A stretch of DNA of 64,000 bases, from the NCBI GenBank assembly GCA_903838995.1, contig CAIMAP010000056.1:2028-66027 (forward strand), given 5' to 3'. Positions 49,914 through 58,436 of this stretch are shown here, piece by piece. Every line of letters begins with the position of its first letter. The stretch's first letter is position 1. Under the pieces are notes generated by a model. It saw only the letters and a list, made by a program, of their open reading frames with translations, was not told the origin of the DNA and searched no databases. The position numbers were made by a program, and so were the translations under genes. Source of the stretch: an uncultured bacterium. Lineage in GTDB: Bacteria > Bacteroidota > Bacteroidia > Sphingobacteriales > Sphingobacteriaceae.

Positions 49914-50915
49914 ATGAAAAAATACTTAATCATGTTGATGTGTATGATGAGTAGTATGTTGGTGCAGGCGCAATTGATGCCAAATTTAGGTGGTCAAAGA
50001 GCAGGTACTTCGGCATTTAATTTTTTAAAATTAAATTTCAATCCAAGGGCAACGGCTATGGCTGGCGCTAGTGCTGCAATGCCCGGCGATGCCTACGCTG
50101 CAGCTGCAAATCCTGCGGCATTAATTGACATCAAAGAGCTAAGTTTTGCTTTATCTTCTCAACAATATTATGCTGGTGCAAATACCAGTTATTTAGCGGC
50201 AGTGTTGCCAACTAAACATTATAGCGCTTGGGCATTTCAATTGCAAAGTTACCGAACCGATGCCATGGAAAAACGCACCGAATTTCAACCCTATGGAACA
50301 GGCGAATATTTTTATGGACAAAATTTAGCTTTTGGTCTTAGTTACAGTAAAATTCTTTCTGACTATTTTAGTTATGGAATTTCTGCTAAGTATGTATATG
50401 AAGGTATTGATAATTACAGCGCACATACTGGGGTAGTTGATTTAGGATTTTTGTATAAAACAGATTTTAAAGATTTAAAATTTGCCGTATTGCTTTCTAA
50501 TTTTGGCATCAATACAAAAATAGATGGACAAACAAATACTTTAGTTGCTTTCAATAATTCGACAGAAGATATCAACGCTTATGCAGCGCCAACACTATTT
50601 AAAATGGGCGTTTCGCTTGTGCCCTATAAATCTGGCAGAAATCAACTCTTAGTGGCAGCAGAGTTGCAGCATCCAAACGACAATTCAGAAAACATTCGTT
50701 TGGGTTTAGAATATAGTTGGATGGAAATGTTTTTTGTGAGGGCAGGCTACAAGCTAGGATTGAAAGACCAAACCACACCAACATTTGGCGCAGGTATTCG
50801 CAGTCATTTTGGACGCTATCCTTTAAATATAACTTATGCTGCAGATCCACATCCAAACTTGGGATTTGCACAACAAATTGGGGTAGCCATTACATTAACT
50901 AAAGAAACAAGGTAA
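49914..50915 (+). CDS. PorV/PorQ-family outer-membrane beta-barrel protein
   Basis: Signal 'MLVQAQ'. The 'GGQRAGTSAFNFLKLNFNPRATAMAGASAAMPGDAYAAAANPAAL' N-terminal motif is typical of the PorV/PorQ family. Beta-strand periodicity throughout. The ATG at 49914 is preferred. Confidence 0.7.
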   Translation: MKKYLIMLMCMMSSMLVQAQLMPNLGGQRAGTSAFNFLKLNFNPRATAMAGASAAMPGDAYAAAANPAALIDIKELSFALSSQQYYAGANTSYLAAVLPTKHYSAWAFQLQSYRTDAMEKRTEFQPYGTGEYFYGQNLAFGLSYSKILSDYFSYGISAKYVYEGIDNYSAHTGVVDLGFLYKTDFKDLKFAVLLSNFGINTKIDGQTNTLVAFNNSTEDINAYAAPTLFKMGVSLVPYKSGRNQLLVAAELQHPNDNSENIRLGLEYSWMEMFFVRAGYKLGLKDQTTPTFGAGIRSHFGRYPLNITYAADPHPNLGFAQQIGVAITLTKETR

Positions 50916-52117
50916 TGATTCAAGGTATAAAAAAATTATTTATCTTATTTTTTGCAATTGCTTTTTTGGCAAGTTGTGAAAATCCATTTGGTGATAAAAC
51001 TAATTTAAGTTTTATTGATGTACCTAATTACGACGAGCAGCCCATTGCTTTTGTTCCCATTCAACCTGCGTTAAAAGATTTCGATTATCCAAGTGCTGTT
51101 TTTATTGGCTACGACGAGTTGGTATATATTGCAGATCAAGGAAGGTCAATTGTTTATTGCTTCGATCAAAGTGGAAAGAAAATTTCACAATTAAGCATTC
51201 CAGGTTTGAAATCTGTTGCAATGGATAGAAGTCTCAATCTATTGGCACTAGGGTCAATAGACACACTCATCAATGGCAATACATTTAAGTTAGATGCGGT
51301 ATTCAGATATGAGTTAGCTTCATCCGATGGTTATGGATTAGCAAAAGCAAAACTTGTTAAAAGAACAATTCATCCATTTTATTTTAAAACAAGTTTTACT
51401 ACTTCAGATACAGCTACGCATTTTAATGCAATAAGTATCATGGCAGATAATAATTATTACATCACTCGATCGGGGCCATCTAATTCGTCGACGCAAATTG
51501 GTGGGCCAGATGATGCCATACTTGTTTTTAATTCGCGTGATAAATTTGTAACAACTGTTAATGTACAAACAGCACAAGGATTAATGAGCGATTATTTCAA
51601 AAAACCATTTGCCATTACTACACTTGCAAAAGGCCCGCAATCGCCAATTGTAAAGCAAGGCGGCGATTTTATATTTACTTCTGTTAATCCTGGAACAACC
51701 ATCAAAACACAATACATTAGTTTTCTTTCTTCCGAATTTGGTTCGAGCTATTCTTTAAACACGGCGCTTGCAGGACAAGACACTTCTAAAGCAAATGGAT
51801 TTATTTATTCACCTGATAAATTTTCTTCGCCAGTTGGGGTGACCATTGCAGGCGATGGTAGTAATTATATTTTTGTGGCAGATGCGGCCAAAGATTCTGT
51901 TTATTTATTTTCGTTAAATGGATTAGAAGGCATTCAGCCGCCTCCAGGTTATGCAGCAAAAAAATACATTAAAGTTTCTTTTGGAGGCAGTGGATTAGGC
52001 CCTAAACAATTTAACAGACCAGTTGCGGTAGCATATCACAATCAAATTCTATATGTGTGCGATGCAGGCAATGGCAGGGTTACTCGATTCAAATTAAGTA
52101 CCGAATTTATCAATTAA
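50915..52117 (+). CDS. NHL-repeat beta-propeller lipoprotein
   Basis: Lipobox 'AFLASC|ENP'. NHL-like repeats are 'PSAVFIGYDELVYIADQGRSIVYCFDQSG', 'PVGVTIAGDGSNYIFVADAAKDSVYLFSLNG' and 'NRPVAVAYHNQILYVCDAGNGRVTRFK'. The ATG overlaps the upstream stop codon. Confidence 0.7.
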   Translation: MIQGIKKLFILFFAIAFLASCENPFGDKTNLSFIDVPNYDEQPIAFVPIQPALKDFDYPSAVFIGYDELVYIADQGRSIVYCFDQSGKKISQLSIPGLKSVAMDRSLNLLALGSIDTLINGNTFKLDAVFRYELASSDGYGLAKAKLVKRTIHPFYFKTSFTTSDTATHFNAISIMADNNYYITRSGPSNSSTQIGGPDDAILVFNSRDKFVTTVNVQTAQGLMSDYFKKPFAITTLAKGPQSPIVKQGGDFIFTSVNPGTTIKTQYISFLSSEFGSSYSLNTALAGQDTSKANGFIYSPDKFSSPVGVTIAGDGSNYIFVADAAKDSVYLFSLNGLEGIQPPPGYAAKKYIKVSFGGSGLGPKQFNRPVAVAYHNQILYVCDAGNGRVTRFKLSTEFIN

Positions 52118-52149
52118 CACAATTTTAAATAGCTTCAATTAAATGCTTT

Positions 52150-52171
52150 AAAGCCTCCATTCGGGCTTTTT
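52150..52171 (+). terminator. Weak terminator-like hairpin after the surface locus
   Basis: AAAGCCT-CCATTC-GGGCTTT followed by TT. The stem is short with a G-U pair. Confidence 0.35.
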
Positions 52172-52215
52172 AAAACATAAGTTGCTAAACTATTGCTACT
52201 TGCCAAATAAAAGCC

Positions 52216-52223
52216 TATCTTTG
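52216..52223 (+). promoter_or_regulatory. Candidate -7 box TAtcTTTG for the DEAD-box helicase gene
   Basis: Exact TAnnTTTG match 43 nt upstream of the 52266 ATG. Confidence 0.4.
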
Positions 52224-52265
52224 CGGCGGCTTTCGCAAGAGGCGATCGCTTTAAACTATATTTTA

Positions 52266-54203
52266 ATGAACCCATTTGAACAATTGGGTGTCAGTCCTAA
52301 AATTGTAAAGGCAATTGTAGAAATCGGCTTTGTCTCGCCGACGCCTATACAAGAACAATCCATTCCCGTCTTATTAAAGGGGGATCGCGACTTTGTCGGT
52401 CTGGCACAAACAGGAACAGGGAAAACTGCCGCATTTGGCCTCCCACTGTTAGAACAGATAGATCTTCGAAGTAAACATCCGCAGGCATTAATATTATGCC
52501 CGACGCGTGAGTTATGTTTACAAATTACGAATGATCTAAAAAATTACGGTAAATACCTCGACGACTTAAATGTTGTTGCCGTGTACGGAGGTGCTAGTAT
52601 TGTAACTCAGTTAAAAGACATCAAGAGAGGCGCACACATTGTGGTGGCTACTCCTGGTAGAATGCTGGATGTACTCAATAGAAAAGCAGTTAATTTTTCA
52701 GAAGTAAAATCTGTTGTTTTAGATGAAGCCGATGAAATGTTAAACATGGGTTTTCAAGAAGACATCAACAGTATTTTATCAACTACTCCAGATGATAAAT
52801 TTACATGGTTATTTTCGGCAACGATGCCTGCAGAGGTTCGTCGTATTGCCAAAAATTACATGGAGAATCCTTTTGAATTAACAGTAGGTACAAAAAACAC
52901 TGGTAATGTTAATATTAATCACGAATACTATGTGGTTCGTCCGCGCGACAAATACGCAGCGTTAAAAAGATTAGTAGATTATAATCCTGATATTTTTGGT
53001 ATTGTTTTTTCAAGAACAAAAATTGAAACGCAAGAGATTGCAGAGATGTTGATGAAAGATGGATATAATGCAGATTCTTTGCATGGTGACTTATCACAAC
53101 AACAACGCGACAGGGTAATGAAAAGATTCCGCGATAGGTCTTTGCAAATTTTAGTTGCAACAGATGTAGCTGCAAGAGGAATCGATGTAGACAATGTAAC
53201 TCACGTAGTGCATTTCTCTTTACCAGATGAAATTGAAAATTACACTCACAGAAGTGGTCGTACTGCAAGAGCAGGAAAAACAGGAACTTCATTGGCAATT
53301 ATTACTTCAAGAGACATTGGTAAGATTCGTCAAATTGAAAGACAACTTGGATCGAAATTTACTTTAGCAGAAGTGCCAACTTCATTTGATGTATGTGAAA
53401 AACAATTGTTCTCTTTAGTTCACCGTGTACATAATGTACAAGTAAACGATGAGCAAATTGATCAGTATATGCAACGCATTTACGATGAGTTAGGCGATTT
53501 ATCAAAAGAAGATGTAATCAAAAGATTTGCTTCTTTAGAGTTTAATCGTTTCTTAGATTACTATCGCAACGCACCAGATTTAAATGCGAAAGCAGATGAT
53601 CGTTCGTCAGATAGAAATTCGATGGGAAGTGCTAAAAGTGGTACACATACGCGCTTATTTATTAATTTAGGTTCTGTTGATGAATTCAATAGAGGCGAAT
53701 TATTAGGCTTTGTATGTAATACTTCTGGTATCAAAGGAGACCTTGTTGGTAAAATTGATATTAAAGGAGTGTATTCTTTCTTCGAAGTAGAAAACGAAGT
53801 ATTAGAACAAGTACAAGCTGCATTTAAGAGCGTAGATTTTAAAGGTAGAAATGTAAGAATTGAAGTTTCACAAGATAGCGGTGGTGGTGATAGAGGAAGA
53901 AGTCGTTCGAGAGGATCTTACGGTGGCGGCGGTGAACGCAAATCTTATGGCGGCGGCGGCGGTGAGCGCAAATCATATGGAGGCGGAGAACGCAAATCGT
54001 ATGGCGGCGGCGGCGGCGGTGGCGAACGCAGATCTTACGGTGGTGGCGAAGGTAGAAGTTCAGATAGTCGAGGTGGCGAAAGCAGAGGCTATTCTTCAGA
54101 AAGAAGATCGTCGAGTGCAGGAAGCACAGGCGGTTCTAATTCTTCTAGCGGTGCTCCAAGAAGAGAACGCAAAGACAAAGATTCAAGAGGCGGCAGATGG
54201 TAA
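52266..54203 (+). CDS. deaD: DEAD-box ATP-dependent RNA helicase (DeaD/CsdA-like, DbpA-type RNA-binding domain) with an RGG/Gly-rich repetitive tail
   Basis: Q-motif region 'FVSPTPIQEQ', 'AQTGTGKT', 'PTRELC', 'VLDEADEM', 'SAT' and 'HRSGRTARAG'. DbpA-like 'RLFINLGSVDEFNRGELLGFV'. The ATG at 52266 is preferred because the track start at 52182 is a TTG codon. Confidence 0.93.
   Translation: MNPFEQLGVSPKIVKAIVEIGFVSPTPIQEQSIPVLLKGDRDFVGLAQTGTGKTAAFGLPLLEQIDLRSKHPQALILCPTRELCLQITNDLKNYGKYLDDLNVVAVYGGASIVTQLKDIKRGAHIVVATPGRMLDVLNRKAVNFSEVKSVVLDEADEMLNMGFQEDINSILSTTPDDKFTWLFSATMPAEVRRIAKNYMENPFELTVGTKNTGNVNINHEYYVVRPRDKYAALKRLVDYNPDIFGIVFSRTKIETQEIAEMLMKDGYNADSLHGDLSQQQRDRVMKRFRDRSLQILVATDVAARGIDVDNVTHVVHFSLPDEIENYTHRSGRTARAGKTGTSLAIITSRDIGKIRQIERQLGSKFTLAEVPTSFDVCEKQLFSLVHRVHNVQVNDEQIDQYMQRIYDELGDLSKEDVIKRFASLEFNRFLDYYRNAPDLNAKADDRSSDRNSMGSAKSGTHTRLFINLGSVDEFNRGELLGFVCNTSGIKGDLVGKIDIKGVYSFFEVENEVLEQVQAAFKSVDFKGRNVRIEVSQDSGGGDRGRSRSRGSYGGGGERKSYGGGGGERKSYGGGERKSYGGGGGGGERRSYGGGEGRSSDSRGGESRGYSSERRSSSAGSTGGSNSSSGAPRRERKDKDSRGGRW
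53916..54056 (+). repeat. In-frame imperfect tandem repeat (5 units of 24-36 nt) encoding SYGGG(G)nER(K/R)
   Basis: Units read directly from the sequence are SYGGGGERK, SYGGGGGERK, SYGGGERK, SYGGGGGGGERR and SYGGGEGR. They contain GGC/GGT runs. Confidence 0.9.
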
Positions 54204-54221
54204 TCCATTCGCTTTAATAAT

Positions 54222-54254
54222 AAAAGAGCAGGTTTTAAGCCTGCTCTTTTTTTG
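54222..54254 (+). terminator. Rho-independent terminator of the helicase gene
   Basis: AGAGCAGG-TTTTAAG-CCTGCTCT followed by a T7 run. Confidence 0.85.
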
Positions 54255-54315
54255 TTTAATAAAATTGCTGTTAGGCGTGTTTTTTCGTCAAATTCCTTTA
54301 ATTTTACTTTTTTAA

Positions 54316-54804
54316 ATGATCATGATACAACGAATTCAAACACTTTATTTGTTCTTAGCAGCAATTGCGTTAATGGTATTATTTTTTGTGCCAATTTATC
54401 ACTATCAACAAATTGCCAATGCACAATTAGTAGATGCTAAAATTACCATTCAAGGTAGTTATGTGAAAAATGTAAGCTCACAAATTTACGAATTACAAAC
54501 ATTTAATTTTTTGCGCATGTTTATTGCTGCTGCGCTTTCACTTTTTTTATTGTTTACCATTTTTCAATTTAACAATAGAAAAAGGCAAGTAGGTATTGCA
54601 AGAATTTTAGTCATTGCGCAATTTGCCTTTGTAATTTATTTATTGTCTTCTTTGCAACAGCAAATTACGGCGGCGGGTATTACACAAGTGCGCATGGGTT
54701 TAGGGGTTGCCTTACCAAGTGTAGCAATCTTATTTACTGCAATGGCTGCAAAAGCTATTCGTAAAGACGAAGAAAAAGTTAGGGCAGCAGATCGAATAAG
54801 ATAA
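54316..54804 (+). CDS. Small polytopic membrane protein (DUF4293-like)
   Basis: 162 aa with about 4 TM helices; 'MIQRIQTLYLFLAAI' resembles DUF4293 as I recall it. Confidence 0.5.
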   Translation: MIMIQRIQTLYLFLAAIALMVLFFVPIYHYQQIANAQLVDAKITIQGSYVKNVSSQIYELQTFNFLRMFIAAALSLFLLFTIFQFNNRKRQVGIARILVIAQFAFVIYLLSSLQQQITAAGITQVRMGLGVALPSVAILFTAMAAKAIRKDEEKVRAADRIR

Positions 54805-54805
54805 G

Positions 54806-55561
54806 ATGCGCTATTTTTTAGAATTAGCTTATTTGGGTACAGCCTATCACGGTTGGCAATTGCAGCCAAACGCAATAACTGTGCAAGAAGTGCTAGATCA
54901 AAAACTGAGCGCATTGTTATCGGAACCTATCTATTCATTGGGTTGTGGCCGAACAGATGCGGGCGTGCATGCAAGTCAATTTTATGCGCATTTCGATACT
55001 ACTAAAACTATTACCGCCAATTTAATTACCAATTTAAATGGCATGTTACCCATGGACATTGTAGCTAAAAGATTTGTTTTAGTCCATGACGATGCACATG
55101 CACGATTTGACGCAACTGCGCGAGGCTACGAATATCGCATGCATTTTTTTAAGAATCCATTTATAGATGCACAGAGTTATTACTTTCATTTTAAAAACAA
55201 ACCAGACATCGAATTGATGAATGCTGCTGCCGCTTTATTAATTAAGCACGAAGATTTTGAATGTTTTAGCAAAGCGCATACGGGCTCTGGTACCAGCATA
55301 TGTAAAATTAATTATGCTTATTGGGAACAAACATCAGAAGGTTTTATTTTTAAAATTTCTGCGAATCGATTTTTAAGAAATATGGTGCGAGCAATAGTTG
55401 GAACGCTTTTAGACGTAGGCATTGGCCGCATTAATTTAGCCGATTTGCAAATCATTTTAGAAAGCAGAAATCGTTCAAAAGCCGGAACATCAGTTCCAGC
55501 AAATGGTTTAGCTTTAGTATCGGTAGATTATCCGATGGGATATTTAGCTAACGAATTGTAA
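54806..55561 (+). CDS. truA: tRNA pseudouridine(38-40) synthase
   Basis: 'YLGTAYHGWQLQPN', catalytic 'GRTDAGVHA' and 'FLRNMVRAIVGTL'. Confidence 0.94.
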   Translation: MRYFLELAYLGTAYHGWQLQPNAITVQEVLDQKLSALLSEPIYSLGCGRTDAGVHASQFYAHFDTTKTITANLITNLNGMLPMDIVAKRFVLVHDDAHARFDATARGYEYRMHFFKNPFIDAQSYYFHFKNKPDIELMNAAAALLIKHEDFECFSKAHTGSGTSICKINYAYWEQTSEGFIFKISANRFLRNMVRAIVGTLLDVGIGRINLADLQIILESRNRSKAGTSVPANGLALVSVDYPMGYLANEL

Positions 55562-55573
55562 TAAAAACCAAAA

Positions 55574-57325
55574 ATGGCAACAGGGCAAATCGTTAACACA
55601 AAATTATTAACAAGGGTTTTTCAATTTGTGAAGCCTTATAAAATCATATTTTACAAGGCTGTCTTTTTAACAATTGTACTTGCGGTAATAGCACCCGTAA
55701 GACCATACATGGTTCAATATACCATCGATCATTTTATTTTTGAATCAAATTTGCTGGCTTTAATTTGGATGGTTTTAGCTATGCTATTGGTTTTAATCAT
55801 ACAAATGTTATTTCAATATTACCACACGCTACTTACTAATTTACTAGGACAATCGGCCATCTTAGATCTTCGTAAAAAAATAGTCAATCATTTATTGAGC
55901 TTAAAATTAAGTTATTTTGATCATACACCCATTGGCACTTTAGTTACTCGAAGTGTTTCCGATTTAGAAACCATTGCAGATATTTTTTCGGAAGGCCTAC
56001 TCGTTATTATTGGTGATATATTGCAGATTGCAGTATTGGTTTCGGTAATGCTTTACGTGGATTGGCGGTTAACGTTAATTAGTTTAAGTACCATTCCTTT
56101 TCTTTTATTTGCCACTTATGTTTTTAAAGAAAAAACGAAAGTTGCCTTTCAAGAAGTGCGAACAGAAGTAGCTAAACTCAATACATTTTTACAAGAGCAC
56201 ATATCGGGCATGAAAATTATTCAGTTGTTTCATCGCGAAAAACAAGAGCAAGCAAATTTCGAAGCCATTAACCTTCGTCATCGCGAGGCCCATATAAAAT
56301 CAGTTTGGTATTACTCTATTTTTTTTCCAGTAGTAGAATTAATGTCTGCTACATCCTTAGGAATATTGGTTTGGTATGGTTCAAAAGAAGTGATGCAAGA
56401 AGCAGTTTCCTTAGGCGTAATAGTTTCTTTTATTATGTATCTAAATATGTTATTCAGACCCATAAGAGAATTAGCAGATAAATTCAATACTTTACAGATG
56501 GGAATGGTTAGTGCAGAAAGAATTTTTAAGGTATTAGACACCGATTTAAAAACTAAAAACGAAGGCGTTTTGCAGCCCGACACACTTAATGGTGCCATTG
56601 CATTTCAAGCAGTTTCTTTTGCTTATAACGAGGCAAATTATGTATTAAAAAATATTTCATTTGATTTACCCGCTGGCTCAACGCTTGCTTTGGTAGGCGC
56701 TACAGGGGCAGGAAAATCTTCTATTATTAATTTATTAAATCGTTTTTACGATATTAATTCTGGAAGCATCACCGTAGACGGCATCAATATTGAAGCATAC
56801 GAATTATCTTTTTTACGCAGCAGTATTGCAACCATTTTGCAAGATGTTTTTTTATTCTCCGACACTATTCACGAAAACATTACCTTAAAAAATAAAGCTA
56901 TTACGAGGGAGCAAGTTATTGCCGCGGCTAAAGAAGTTGGTGCACACGATTTTATTATGCAATTACCAGGCAATTATGATTACAATGTGATGGAACGAGG
57001 GGCTACCTTATCGGTTGGTCAAGGACAGCTCATCTCTTTTATTAGGGCTTTGGTGTATGATCCAAAAATTTTGGTTTTAGACGAAGCTACTTCTTCGGTC
57101 GATACCGAAACAGAATTACTGATTCAAACAGCCATCAAAAAACTTATGCTAGGACGCACCAGTATTGTAATCGCACATCGATTATCCACCATTCAACATG
57201 CTGATAAAATTTTAGTTATTGATAAGGGCGAAATTGCAGAAATGGGTAATCACCAAGAATTACTTCAAATGGGCGGAATATATAGCAAATTGGTTGCCTT
57301 GCAATTCAATACTAAGGTGATATAA
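55574..57325 (+). CDS. ABC exporter, fused permease/ATPase (MsbA/multidrug type)
   Basis: 6-TM N-domain; Walker A 'GATGAGKSS', signature 'LSVGQGQ', Walker B 'ILVLDEATS' and H-loop 'IAHRLST'. Confidence 0.92.
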   Translation: MATGQIVNTKLLTRVFQFVKPYKIIFYKAVFLTIVLAVIAPVRPYMVQYTIDHFIFESNLLALIWMVLAMLLVLIIQMLFQYYHTLLTNLLGQSAILDLRKKIVNHLLSLKLSYFDHTPIGTLVTRSVSDLETIADIFSEGLLVIIGDILQIAVLVSVMLYVDWRLTLISLSTIPFLLFATYVFKEKTKVAFQEVRTEVAKLNTFLQEHISGMKIIQLFHREKQEQANFEAINLRHREAHIKSVWYYSIFFPVVELMSATSLGILVWYGSKEVMQEAVSLGVIVSFIMYLNMLFRPIRELADKFNTLQMGMVSAERIFKVLDTDLKTKNEGVLQPDTLNGAIAFQAVSFAYNEANYVLKNISFDLPAGSTLALVGATGAGKSSIINLLNRFYDINSGSITVDGINIEAYELSFLRSSIATILQDVFLFSDTIHENITLKNKAITREQVIAAAKEVGAHDFIMQLPGNYDYNVMERGATLSVGQGQLISFIRALVYDPKILVLDEATSSVDTETELLIQTAIKKLMLGRTSIVIAHRLSTIQHADKILVIDKGEIAEMGNHQELLQMGGIYSKLVALQFNTKVI

Positions 57326-57362
57326 ATATCGAAATCAATAGTTTGGATTATTTAAATTTTAT

Positions 57363-57370
57363 TAGTTTTG
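57363..57370 (+). promoter_or_regulatory. Candidate -7 box TAgtTTTG for sucD
   Basis: TAnnTTTG match 25 nt upstream of the sucD ATG. Confidence 0.35.
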
Positions 57371-57394
57371 CAGCATAATTTATCATAAAAAACA

Positions 57395-58279
57395 ATGAGT
57401 GTTTTAGTCAATAAAGATTCCAAAGTAATTGTACAAGGTTTTACAGGTAGCGAAGGCACCTTCCACGCAGGTCAAATGTTAGCCTATGGCACAAATGTAG
57501 TAGGTGGTGTTACGCCAGGTAAAGGTGGTTCAAGCCATTTAGAGAAACCAGTATTTAATACCGTAGCAGATGCGGTTGCACAAACTGGTGCAAATGTTTC
57601 TATCATTTTTGTTCCTCCAGCTTTTGCAGCAGATGCAATTATGGAAGCGGCGAATGGTGGTATTAAAGTTATAATTTGTATTACAGAAGGTATTCCAACC
57701 AAAGACATGATTTTGGTAAAGGCTTATTTGTCTGATAAAGATTGCCGATTAATTGGTCCAAACTGCCCAGGAGTAATGACTGCAGGCGAAGCCAAAGTAG
57801 GTATTATGCCAGGTTTTATTTTCCAACCAGGTAGAGTAGGAATTGTTTCTAAATCTGGAACTTTAACTTACGAAGCGGTTGATCAAATTACCAGATTAGG
57901 ATTAGGTCAATCAACTGCAATTGGTATTGGTGGTGATCCAATCATTGGCACTACAACCAAAGAAGCGGTTGAATTATTAATGAACGACCCTGAAACCGAT
58001 GGTATTATTATGATTGGCGAAATTGGTGGTGGAATGGAGGCAGAAGCGGCTATGTGGATTAAAAACCATGGTACAAAACCAGTAGTTGGTTTTATTGCAG
58101 GTCAAACTGCACCAGCAGGTAGAAGAATGGGTCATGCGGGTGCAATTGTTGGCGGCGCAGACGATACCGCTGCTGCAAAAATGAAAATTATGCGTGAATG
58201 TGGTATCAGGGTAGTGGAATCTCCGGCAACAATTGGCGTAGCCATTAAAGAAGAATTGCAAAAGGCAGGTCTTTTATAG
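57395..58279 (+). CDS. sucD: Succinyl-CoA synthetase alpha subunit
   Basis: '[14 protein letters not shown]', 'GPNCPGV' and phosphohistidine loop 'MGHAGAIV'. Confidence 0.97.
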   Translation: MSVLVNKDSKVIVQGFTGSEGTFHAGQMLAYGTNVVGGVTPGKGGSSHLEKPVFNTVADAVAQTGANVSIIFVPPAFAADAIMEAANGGIKVIICITEGIPTKDMILVKAYLSDKDCRLIGPNCPGVMTAGEAKVGIMPGFIFQPGRVGIVSKSGTLTYEAVDQITRLGLGQSTAIGIGGDPIIGTTTKEAVELLMNDPETDGIIMIGEIGGGMEAEAAMWIKNHGTKPVVGFIAGQTAPAGRRMGHAGAIVGGADDTAAAKMKIMRECGIRVVESPATIGVAIKEELQKAGLL

Positions 58280-58291
58280 AAATTTAAACTT

Positions 58292-58330
58292 AAAAAATGG
58301 CTTCAGTAATTTCTGAAGCCATTTTTTTTG
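58292..58330 (+). terminator. Rho-independent terminator of sucD
   Basis: AATGGCTTCAG-TAATTT-CTGAAGCCATT followed by a T7 run. Confidence 0.85.
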
Positions 58331-58377
58331 CTCTAAAAAGGATATAACATATTAATGTAGTATTTATAATTTTATTT

Positions 58378-58385
58378 TATATTTG
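58378..58385 (+). promoter_or_regulatory. Candidate -7 box TAtaTTTG for fabG
   Basis: TAnnTTTG match 51 nt upstream of the fabG ATG. Confidence 0.35.
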
Positions 58386-58436
58386 CTATAGAAATTTAAG
58401 GTTTCAAATAGTACATTTATCAAAAAAATATTGTGA

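Noticed and set aside
39755-52171. The surface locus as a horizontally acquired island or mobile element
   Set aside because: There is no integrase, transposase, flanking tRNA or direct repeat. Base composition looks the same as in the flanking housekeeping genes by eye. I therefore treat it as a chromosomal accessory locus, not a mobile element.
52915-53298. 127-aa and 71-aa minus-strand ORFs inside the DEAD-box helicase gene
   Set aside because: They are antisense to the conserved helicase core motifs, so they are shadow ORFs.
53916-54056. Possible CRISPR-like or other non-coding repeat array
   Set aside because: The units are contiguous with no spacers, are in frame, and encode the Gly-rich helicase tail. 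This is a coding tandem repeat, not a CRISPR array.
53860-54315. 151-aa plus-strand ORF in an alternative frame of the helicase tail (poly-Ala/Val)
   Set aside because: It is an artefact of the GGC/GGT repeat being open in several frames. It also crosses the terminator hairpin.
57395-58279. sucD without an adjacent sucC as an anomaly
   Set aside because: My recollection is that sucC and sucD are often separated in Bacteroidota. The gene looks intact and has its own promoter box and terminator.
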